From Ruditapes philippinarum (taxonomy: Eukaryota): a stretch of DNA of 64,000 bases. Made by a program: the position numbers and the translations under genes. The stretch lies in contig NW_026857083.1 in NCBI RefSeq assembly GCF_026571515.1, positions 1 through 64,000 of the forward strand. The letters are read 5' to 3'. The notes below the pieces were generated by a model. The model ran no database searches and was not told the DNA's origin. It saw only the letters and a list, made by a program, of their open reading frames with translations. Shown one piece after another: positions 26,378 through 62,611 of the stretch (position 1 is the stretch's first letter; each line of letters opens with the position of its first letter).

Positions 26378-26661
26378 TAGGAAAATATACACATATGCTT
26401 TACAGAGAAAAATGTGTAAAGTATACAGACCACATATGCTTTACAGAGAAATTTATGTAAAATATACAGTACACATATGCTTCAGATAGAAAAATGTGTA
26501 AAATATACAGTACACATATGCTTCAGATAGAAAAATGTGTAAAATATACAGTACACATATGCTTCACAGAGAAAAATGTGTAAAATATACAGTACACATA
26601 TGCTTCACAGAGAAAAATGTGCAAGATATACAGTACATATATGATTTACATAGAAAAATGT
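26378..26661. repeat. 41-bp minisatellite, ~7 copies, in the putative 3' UTR
   Basis: Unit GTAAAATATACAGTACACATATGCTTCACAGAGAAAAATGT. Confidence 0.9.
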
Positions 26662-28913
26662 ACCCTGCACATATTTTTCATATACAGAAATAAGTAACAT
26701 AAACTTTACACAGAATTATGATTCATATATGTAATTAATGTATGCGGGGCCCGGTTATCAAATGTAAGCATTTCAATGTAGAAAACAACAGTGTTGAAAA
26801 TATTAACATTAGCAAAATGTAATGTGATAGAAACCTGGCACTATATTGAAATTTTTAGAAACATATGAAATGTTTGCTGTCTTGTATCTGGTTATATTAA
26901 AACTAACACATCACATCTATATATTGTTTATATATATTTTTATAATTATATATGTGTGTGTGTATATATGGTGCAAATTTTCTATTTACACAAGCTATAT
27001 ATGTCACTATAACAACTGATATGTCAATTATAAATATTACATGTAACACATTATGTTATAGTAAGAGAGACAACCCATTCAGGTTTATATATTAAGATTG
27101 TATGAGTTGCCTCCCTTACTATATCATACAATACAAGACCTTATCGTTTTAACTATCAAATCAGTTTACAGTCCAAGCATACAAATAAATAACACCACAT
27201 TGCAAAATTTCAATTGTATAACAAAATATAAACACTTCTTCTTAACATTATAAATCATCTCTTCAAAAATTCACCAAGTATGGCTGAATATTTATGAATA
27301 GCTCGTAAGGGCCACCAATCTAATAAATTTTACTTTTTAAAAAAATGTATTTGTTTAGAGTGTCTGATTCGGTCACCAATATTTTTTTCCCCTGATAAAT
27401 GTTTTTGAAGTCCAAAATGAATTTTTTGCATAAGTCTTTTTTTATTCTTCTTCTTAAAAATATATTTTTATGCTTAAATGGGTCAAAAAAAGAAACACCG
27501 TTAACCATGGTTTTAATAGACTTTAAATTTCTCTTAACATGCATATATACGTACATTGTATTTACAAAACAAACATAAACAAACAAGTTTACCAACAAAC
27601 AAACAATTTTCATAATACAAAACTACCATGTCTCAGTCCAAACTCAGAAAAAAAAAACAATCAAAATTCTGCATAAAAACCTAAATTTACAATCTTTCAA
27701 ACAACATTATCAAATAATGTATATATATTTTTTTTTTCAAAGAACGTATATGAAAATAATTCAGCATTTTGCCTTTATTGATCAAGGGAGACGATTGTTC
27801 AGAAAAATAAAAAATTCAATGTAATAATTATAAATCAACAATACTTTTTGCAATACACACATGAATTTTTTGTGTCAATCTGTCATAAAACTAAAGTAAT
27901 TCAATCACATTTCATTATAATTCATGAACGGAAGATTGGACAATTGTCATTATATAATTTTACATATATAATACAAAGTAGATAATAGTTTTAACTTTCT
28001 TTATCTTTAAGTGCCAATAAATATAAATATCATTTTTCATTTTGGAATAAAATTTGCAATTTCTTAGATTAAAAAAGAACAAGATGTGTTAGTTGATTAT
28101 AAATGTCCCCACCTTATTTGCTTTGATCATATGGTGAAATTTCTAAAATTTTGAAGAAAAACAATCTTTGATGGTCAAGAACGTTTCAGGGAAAAGGTGA
28201 TATTTCAATATGTGTAAATGAAGTTCTCAATGCCAAAAACAATGATTTGGTTGTATCAATCCTAAAACAGATTGCTGTCAGCTTTTTTCATATTCAAAGA
28301 ATTAAATGGAATTGCAAGTTAAATTTCCTATGACAAAATGAATGGTACATAAATGATGGTAACTGTACACATAACATATACATATGTTTTATACATTTGG
28401 AATGTAAAGGTTTATGCGCAATTTTCAACACATATACTTTAATATAATAACACTTCAACAGCAAATAAAATCTCGCTACACATTTTTTTTTGTTAACATC
28501 TATATATATATATATAATCCACACATACACATCAAAACAAGGCTGGCAGGTTAAATCCAGAGATAAGCATTTCTAATACTTGAACATTTTCGAAATTCTA
28601 CAGAAACTCTTGACATGCAAACAACAAATTCTTCAATCATCCTGTTCTTAAATTCTAAGCATCCAAGATGCTCTTTCTATCACTTCAAAATTCCATAACA
28701 CACTGACCTAGTAGCCAAAAAATATGGTTGTCCCACAATTGAATCTATCTTTCCCCATTTTCTAAATATTGTATAAAAAGTTACATATACACATTCATGT
28801 AGAATGTCTACATTTGTCTCTTGCACAAATTACACTCCAAATATAACCACATGTTTTTCAGAATATATCACAACACAGTTTTATCTTGTTCTTTTTAACA
28901 TCATTCAATTCTG

Positions 28914-29273
28914 TTAAGGTTAAACCCTAGATTTATCTTTTAAGTTACACTTCTATTAAGGTTAAAACCTAGATTTATCTGTTAAGTTACACCTCTATTA
29001 AGGTTAAAACCTAGATTTATCTGTTAAGTTACACCTCTATTAAGGTTAAACCCTAGATTTATCTGTTAAGTTACACCTCTATTAAGGTTAAACCCTAGAT
29101 TTATCTGTTAAGTTACACCTCTATTAAGGTTAAACCCTAGATTTATCTGTTAAGTTACACCTCTATTAAGGTTAAACCCTAGATTTATCTGTTAAGTTAC
29201 ACCTCTATTAAGGTTAAACCCTAGATTTATCTGTTAAGTTACACCTCTATTAAGGTTAAACCCTAGATTTATC
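28914..29273. repeat. 42-bp minisatellite, ~8.5 near-identical copies, starting 6 nt after the NBEA stop codon
   Basis: Unit TTAAGGTTAAACCCTAGATTTATCTGTTAAGTTACACCTCTA; period 42 (29001, 29043, 29085). Confidence 0.95.
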
Positions 29274-29279
29274 TCTGCA

Positions 29280-54194
<24,915 letters not shown>

Positions 54195-54399
54195 CTACAA
54201 TTAGATTGATAAAAAATATAAATTTTCAAGTGTACCACACATCTTTAAGACTTGATATATCTAACAAGGGGGAAACTGCAAACGATAAAGTTGTCCATCC
54301 TATCTTTGGTTACTATGCAATGAAAGACCGAATAATTTTAGACTAAACAGTAAAGCACATGTATATAGTTCATTTTTGCAAACGTATTGTTGAGAAAAA

Positions 54400-55150
54400 A
54401 CAGCGACTCGAATAAAAAGAGAAGAAAAAATATTGAAAAAAAATATGTTGACGTCAATAGCATGAGCGATCAAACGCTATTCAAAGCACGTTTTAACTTC
54501 AAAATATACGTCAAGAGTACTGTATTAATCAGTTACAAATAACGAACGATTAATTAAGTGTGCGCCTTAATCATGAAAAACATAATCTAACTATATAAAG
54601 AAGCAAAAACAACCGAGATTTATGGGTAATAACAATATCTACCAAACGCGACCGGCAGCAGACGACAACCACGTGGGGAAGCAGCTGATTTCCCGCGTAA
54701 ACCCCGTTTCCGGTTTCAGCCCATTAAATTTCCTCATTCGCATCTTTTCCGTAAAAGAACAAATACGAAATATCAAAACCTCCCTAGAGTCTTCTAAACC
54801 GGTGTTCAATTTCAACGGCCAATTAACTTTTATCATGCAAATTCCTTTTCTTAAGAAGAAATCGATTAAATTACCCACATATCATAGCGACGAAAAAGGC
54901 AATAACCTAATTATAGAACTATAATCTAATTGTTTTAATGGGAATAAAAACGGTTTCAAGTGCGTCCGCCGATGAGGATGTTGATAATACATCAAGTATT
55001 CATGTAGATTAACAAGAGAAAACGCCGCTGTCTAAATTAGAACCCTTGAAGCTCTGAAAACCCAAAAATAGACACGCTTACGTCATTTCTACATGTACAA
55101 TAAATTTAGGTGATAATTTTAGCAAGGACGCAAGCGCCTGAAATAAAATA
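54400..55150. promoter_or_regulatory. CpG-rich candidate intronic promoter/enhancer just upstream of NBEA exon a
   Basis: 19 CpG in 54601-54960 versus 0 in 51301-51660 (hand count). E-boxes CACGTG and CAGCTG, an ETS-like CCGGAA on the minus strand, and several TAAT/TAATTA motifs. Confidence 0.4.
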
Positions 55151-58100
55151 ACTAGCCTGAAACATGTCTGAATTCTTTCGTATTTATTGTCGTAGTTAAT
55201 ACACAACAGTTCGTCTTTTGAACTTTATTTTTATTTATTACTTATAATTTTATTTGTTTCATAATTTTCCAACTTAATTTAACATCAAACAAACATTTTT
55301 GACCTCCACTCAATTCAAAATAATTCTTGTTTCCATTCTGATGTAATTCATAACATACACATGTACATGTATGCATTTGACTTGCGGGTCAACAAAAGCT
55401 TGCATGTGCGCATTACTTTGTTCTATATTTTCTATTTCTGTATTATTAGAAGGAAAGATAAATTGACATTATCGTCAAATTACATCCAACGAATAGCAAG
55501 TCCCGAGAACCGAACGCTCTCCGCACTTTAGTTTTATATCAGAAGCAAAAAAAAAACAAAAACGACAAAAAATAACATCGCTTGATGAAATGCACATTAG
55601 CCTGAAGGTATTTCGCTAATCAAATATTAATAAATTAATGTCCCAATACAGCCAACTTAATCAGTTTCATTGCCCATTTGTTACTGTTTGATTGAAATAT
55701 ATTGTCGGATACTACCAAATTGATGGAAGCAAATAGTCCCCAAGCGATTCGAATTTCCATAGCAACGATTTTTTCACGCGATAAAAACAAATACCACGAT
55801 ATGTTGTTTTTTTTTCCAAATTAAGTGAAGTGCTTTTTAAATGTGACTGAATAATCGGCCATTATTTTGTTTGTGATGCAATTCAATATTTTACATTAAA
55901 GCACATTAGAGTGGTGATTATGTGGAATTATTCCCATTGAAATGGTATGAAAAGACAAAGCAGACGATACGTCAACTATCATCATCATCATTCCATCCAT
56001 CCAATGTAACAATGAGACCTAAATTAACAGATTATATTTCTATTTTTCAGTCCAAAGCCTGAAGTATGCAAACAAGTAGATGCTTTAATTCAAATTCAGA
56101 ATCACAGTCATTTCTTCTGATAAAAACTTATTTACAATGGGCGTTTCGTTCGAAATATTTGGAATCTATCAAGGGAATTTTGATTTTGAATTTTCCCAAA
56201 CAATGCATCTCCATATACAAAATACTATTCAGTTTTGTCAGAATGACTTCATACATATTCTACAAGATTTGTTGTATTTTTTACATTTTAAAGTGATCAA
56301 CCGATTAAAGAAGTTTCTTATTTAAGATATATAATCAACTATAGTACATGTATTTAATCATGCAGACACGCCTTCGGTGATGTTTTTACCTACATGTCCT
56401 TACGAAAAGATCAATCTTCTGCCAAAGTATAATTAAGGTAATACCATGTAGTCAATGACTGCAAATGAACAAATAAAAGAATACATAAAAACTGCAATAA
56501 TGTATTTTCATTTTTTTAATTCGACAATACTCTTATCTTCGGCAAATATTTAAAATCAACCTCAATCAGCATGTTACGATATGTAACGTGATCGGACGTT
56601 TCAAATTTGGACGGCTTCATTATAGCAACAAATGTCTTATTTTCTAGACCAGTGGCTTGCCAAATTCCTATTTCATGGTGAGTAAACAAACTATCAAAAC
56701 ACAATTCTAATCCATCGAATTGTTCCACAGAAGAAACGCGCGTAGTAATATTAGTGATCAAAATGATTGAGGGCCTACTTTATTTGTATAATTATTCCAT
56801 CTTTACATTGAGTCAACCGTTCAAAAACAAACTTGAAAACACTCTTCGATCATTTTTCCGCAGTGGAGCCAACCAGCCAATTATTTCCCGCTCAGGACAG
56901 GAATATTCCGTTACCAAGGCAACAGAGTATTTCCGGGGAATTGGAAATGACAATTATTTCGTGGTATACATGACTTTTGCGTGACGGCGGAGGAATATTT
57001 GCAGAAGGCACTATATCAAAGAGTACTATTGGGAGATCTAACTCAATTATTTGCCAGACCTGGTATTTTGTTGGCCAGTTTGAAGCCTATTTGGAATAAT
57101 TGCAGACGACATCCCCATATAACATACATCCCAGGAGAACGCTGCAGACGAAATCTTCCCCGACTTTAACTACATGTACAGGAAATATTTTCCGGGAAAG
57201 AGTGAATTAAAAGAGCATAAAAGCAAGAAAATGCACGCTGAATTTAGACAAGCGTTTCGATTCCATCGTGCAATATTGCGCATGTGCATATCAATTTTAG
57301 CAGAACATGTATATATACACATATCATTGCGATCTAAAAATGGAAAAATATCGTAACAAATTCTGGAATGCCAAATATATCATCTCCTCCCTTTTTTTCT
57401 TTACCATAATATGATACTTTATCCAGTTTTATATCCTGCAGGAAATATAAACCTGTATATTGTAAATATTATGCTTTTTAAATCTTGTAATTGACACATT
57501 TCGATCTCATATTCAACGTCAGATCACATTTGACACGAATATTAATTTAGCCAACAGAGAAATAACATGCCATAAATTCTTAGCTCTTATATATATAATA
57601 ATTTCAAATAGATGAAATAAATTAAACATTAAATCATTGAATATAAATTATTGACTAACTGGGAAATCCATCTTTTTCACAAAATCAAAAAGCATGCTTT
57701 AAAAAGGAGTGCGTACAATTTGAGGATGGAATCTCAGCTTTTAAACGTTGTCCCGAGTAAATATTATCATTAAGGTCAAAAAGATCCCAATCCCCGTTTA
57801 CTTGAGGTGAAAGTCACAAATGTGAGACTCCGTATATATTAAATTTAGCCATGGATGGACACCTCGCGGGAACCGCCGGTCTTCCGTATAGCTGAAAACC
57901 ACTCGTATAATATAAGATGCGCTTTAACTGACAGGGACGGAATCTTACGGCAAAGTTATAAGCAAAAAAAAAAAAGGTATGCTCTGTCACTTAAGTCTAT
58001 CATCCCGGAATTAAAGCACACAACAGATTTAATACCAGCAAGGCAAATAAATAACGCGAGCATCAAGAAGCATGAGGCAACCCACTTAATTATATACAAC

Positions 58101-59425
58101 TCCTTTACGAAAGAGAAAGAAAAAACAGTATAGAATCTTTTAAAAAATGACAGACAGGTTCATTTCCTTTCAGATAAAAAGTGTTTTCAGCACCTGGGCA
58201 AAATTACGCGACGACTAATGACTATGCTGTAATTTTCAGACGTTTAATGAAAAGCTTTGCTGATGACTAAAACCCATCTTTGGTCTCTAGTTACCGGTGA
58301 AATATTGCGAGATGCTCCTCAACTCATGTAACATATAACATTGTCATGTTGAAGAGACATGGTAATTTTTAAAATTGAAATAATTAACTGATATCAAAAC
58401 CCGTGTATTCTATCTTCCTTTTATTACGAGCACTGATCGTGAGCTAAAGCATTTAACAGCTCCCCTGGAACCTTTGTCCGAATTTATTCACCTGTCATAA
58501 TTCTATGGACAGGTTCATTTATTTCCACGTCTTGTTAAAGAATATCTTTCCCGAAGATTTACTAGTCTCTCGTACGTTTTAATCACCGTGGAATGTGACT
58601 TATTATTAAGACTTCATTTCGCAATGAAATAATGGAATTAAAAAAATATGTGTTTAGGAATAAGTATGCGGTATATAATAATTTTTCATTGTCCGTCTAA
58701 TATACATATTCATGTACGTGTATGATTGATTCTTTGTTTTTGTTGTTTTCTTTCATAACATTTGAAAATTACGCTTTTGAAAATGTATAATCAAATATCA
58801 GAGAATCGTGCATTTTCCGTTTAATATTTTAAGCCTAAAATGCTAATATTTTCTTTTTCAAAGGAACTCAAATATTCTGTTTTATTACATTTTTACTATT
58901 TTGATAAAATAATATGTCCTTAATTTCAGGTGCATTCTTACATTTGTTTGTTGGTTTACAATCAGTCTTTGAACTATGAAAACAAACTTTATTCATAATT
59001 AGATAACTATAATATGTCAGTAAATTCAGCATCCTATCTTTCAAGTATATATTTTATTATATATGTTTATATTCAATTCATATTTTGTATCTAATTCATC
59101 ATTAACAATACTATACATTATACACGACGTTGGCTTTAAATAAAGATTTCTTTTCCGGGTAAAATATTTGTTCTTGTATCTTTTTATAGTTTCAAGTTTC
59201 AAGAGTTTATTCAGCATAAACATACAATATGTTCATTGCCATACATATGATATAATGTGCATGTAATATGACAAGAAAACAAACAAACAAACAAACAACA
59301 AAAATAAAATACATTTGGTAACAATGAGAATAACCCAAACAAACACACACACACCCACAAAAAAATATTTTTGAGAAAAGTGTAAAGAAATAGTAATTAT
59401 TCAATATGTATTTAAACAGTCAGAT

Positions 59426-60419
59426 TTATTGATTATACGTATCTCGTTTACATGTAGCTAGGTATAAATACTTTGCCAGTTTATTTATAATACTTTTTTG
59501 GCAAGATGTCATAATATTTCTAAATTTCTGGATACTAGGCCAAGAACAGTAATAATTAGGAAGGCAACGATATCTTATTTCTCTATAAAAGGGACACACT
59601 AATAGAAAATGATACTCATTTTCAACAACATTCATGTTACAACGTAAACAGATTCGTTCAGATCTTGGAATATTCCTGTGTCTACCTTCCTCTATCAGTA
59701 ATTTGTGAGCAGAACATCTAAATCGACATAAAAGTAGTACGATAATTTAAATTACTAACACACAACAAATATTTTTCCGCAACATGTTCATTTTTTAAAT
59801 ATGCAATAAGTTTCTAATTTAGGTAAACTGTTGATTTCACTTTGCCATTGTTGTAAGTATTGATCTTTTATTCGTGCTATTAAAATATTTAGTTGATCAT
59901 TTGTAATATTTTGATTATTCCATAAAAACGGAAAACCTAACTCATTCAACAAATCTCGTACATCACTGGACCACTTGTTTAATAAAACATCATTATTATT
60001 TCTCATACTATAAATTCTATAAATAAGTTTGTCGTTATTCTTAAAAATTCTGTACCAAAATTTCAATATCCTTATCTTTCTATATACAATTAATGGAAAT
60101 CTTCCTAATTCTCCATACACTGTTGTATTTACAGTTTGTTGCCTTACACCTAACAACTGTTTCAAAAATTTCAAATGTACTCTTTCAATGTCAGGGGCTT
60201 TATGTAGCCCCCATATTTCTGATCCATAATTTAATATTGGTAATATCATGGTATCAAATAATTTTAATTTATCTGGTATCTCAAAATTAACTTTATCAAA
60301 TAATGCATTTAAAGAAAACAAAGCTTTTAAAGCTTGATTAGCAAGCGATTTTTGTGCTTGATAAAAACGACCATTAGAAGAAAGCGTCACACCTAAGTAT
60401 GTAAAAGTTCTCACAACTT
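59426..60419 (-). pseudogene. LINE ORF2 C-terminal part (post-RT domain and CCHC finger) with two +1 homopolymer frameshifts
   Basis: PILNYGSEIWG, VYGELGRFPL and FRCSAHKLLIEEGRH...RICLRC...EYHFLLVC motifs; extra bases in the runs at 59791-59796 and 59730-59733. Confidence 0.85.
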
Positions 60420-62611
60420 CTAGCTAGTTTTTCACTATCATAGAATATATCATAATCTTGAGTTCTGTTTCCAGATTTACAAACCATGACTACAGTTTTA
60501 TCAGTATTAACAGTAATATTCCATGCTTTACAATACATGTTCATGTTATTTAACAAATTTTGTAGACCTTCAACAGTATATGAAAATAAAACAGTGTCGT
60601 CAGCAAATAATAACATAAACATCTGTATTTCATCTAGACTGAAAATATCATCAGATTGAGTCAACATACAATTATACATATCATTTATGAAAAATAAAAA
60701 CATAAGAGGAGACAATGGCTCTCCTTGTTTCACGCCCATAAAAGTTTGGAAATCATCTGTCAAAGAACCATTCACCCTTATACATGATCTAACGTTGTCA
60801 TACATAATTCGTAACATGTTAACTATTTTTGAAGAAGCTCCATTTGTTATAAGTTTATACCAAACACCGTCCCTGTAAACAACATCAAACGCCTTTTTAA
60901 AATCAATAAAAGCTAAAAACAGTTTCTTTTTTTCATTGTGTAATATTTTGTTTATGATAGAATTTAAAACAAAAATACAATCTATTGTACTTCTTCCTTT
61001 ACGGAATCCAAATTGAACATCTGTCAATAAATTATTACTATCAGCCCATTTCCTTAATCTATTATCTAATAAAATTGAGAAAATTTTAGCAAAAACGCTT
61101 GTAAGTGTTATCCCTCTATAATTATTTACATCATTTAAGTCTCCCTTTTTAGGTACTGGCACAATAATTCCTTTAGTCCAACTAATAGGATATATACAAT
61201 TTGAATACATATAATTAAACAATTTACAAATCACTGGTGCTAAAAATTGCTTACATTCTAAAAATATTTCAGGTGTAAGTAAATCTTCACCAGCACTTTT
61301 ACCTCTTTTAAGTGAAGATATAGCATGATCAACTTCTTCTACACTAAAATCCTTATCCAGCTCATAAACAACATTAGAGTTAAAGTTATCATCACTTAAA
61401 TTCGCCTCTACATTTTCATCATTAAAAATATCACTACTCGTAAATAATTCTTTAAAATGATTAAAAAAATCATCTTTACTTAACGTACTACTGTTTTTAT
61501 TATAACATTTTAGCTTCTTTATTTCAGACCAAAATTTTTGTGGTTGTTTTTTCGATAGCTCGTGCAATTTATGTTTTTGATTTTGCTTGTACTTTGATAT
61601 TGCTTTTCGCTTAGATTGTTTATATCTTCTTCTGTTGATAATCAATAAGTTAACATTTTCAGATGATTTATCATATCTATATTTTCTATTAGCTAACCTC
61701 AATTCGCGTCGAGCATTTTCACAGTCTTCATTAAACCACGGGCTTTGAAATTTCCTTTCACTCTTTCTATCTGCATCTTTATAAATATGCTTATTTGAAC
61801 CAAAAATAGAAAAGGCTTTATCATAAAGAATACTTGACAAGTCACTTATTCCACTATCTAGGTCAATATCTGACGAAATAATACTATCGACAATATTACC
61901 AATTACGGGCATTTCCCTTGACATAATATTCTTATAATCTATCAACTTTTCTTCTTTAAAACGAAGTTTACAAATATTTGCACTAATAACATTATTACAT
62001 AAAACATTTTCACAAAATACACCAAAAAACAACATATTTAAACTCATGGATCTACATTTAATGTCAATCATGTCCTCAACCATTGAATCATTACTCAATT
62101 TCATCTGTAAATTGTCATTCTCTAACACGTGAAAATCGTGCTTTAACTTAGCAATATCATCTCTGTTTGTGTTTGTACAAGAAGATAACGTGTCATATTG
62201 GTCACTTATAAATTTCTGACTATTTTCAATCTGTTCGATCTTTTGATCCATACTATTAAGCCGTACCGTTATAGCGTCCACTGATGATTGAATGGAATTC
62301 AGTTGACCCAGTTTAGTGTCCATTTTCTCGAGCCGAAATAAAATATTTTGAAGGACATCCCCCTGATTATTCTGCTGGGAATGCAATGGCGAAACTGGAC
62401 TTAGATTCGTGTACGTCGGAGAGTAAGGATAGACTGGGGGAGCTATATAGTTATTAGTTCCTGCAACATTGTTCAAGTGAGATTGCGATCCAGTATTTTG
62501 ATTTGGGGTTTGTGGATACATTTGTTGACTAGACGCCATCTTTGTTGACTTTTTTACCTGACCGCTTTCTGTTGTTGGCGAGATTATGTCTTTTTTCCTC
62601 TTTCTTCCCAT
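60374..62611 (-). pseudogene. LINE ORF1(N-half)-ORF2(RT) in-frame fusion ORF, ~745 aa from ATG 62611; no endonuclease; ends after a 4-bp duplication frameshift
   Basis: The first ~200 aa are basic NLS-like, then Q/N/P-rich, then coiled coil, ending in RSMSLNMLFFGV (an ORF1-type motif). This runs directly into the post-endonuclease linker (PWFNEDC, PQKFW) and the RT. A CTAG duplication at 60420-60427 breaks KLEVVRTFTYLG. Confidence 0.85.

Larger units (their letters stand above)
24425..29279 (-). other. NBEA: Probable long NBEA 3' UTR (~4.8 kb)
   Basis: T/GT-rich on the minus strand and TE-poor. A minus-strand AATAAA lies at 24447-24442, where CpG depletion ends. Other AATAAA sites further upstream could give shorter ends. 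Confidence 0.55.

Noticed and set aside
28914-29273. 42-bp and 41-bp arrays as CRISPR arrays
   Set aside because: They are head-to-tail repeats with no unique spacers, no cas genes, and a eukaryotic 3' UTR context.
28914-29273. AAACCCTA as telomeric repeat, or stop-codon readthrough into the array
   Set aside because: There is a single motif per 42-bp unit, not a telomere tract. The readthrough frame hits TAA after 7 codons.
54622-54924. Overlapping 100-aa (+) and 79-aa (-) ORFs as real genes
   Set aside because: No recognisable motifs, and no in-phase ATG-bearing splice into NBEA exon a. Locally higher GC explains the open frames.
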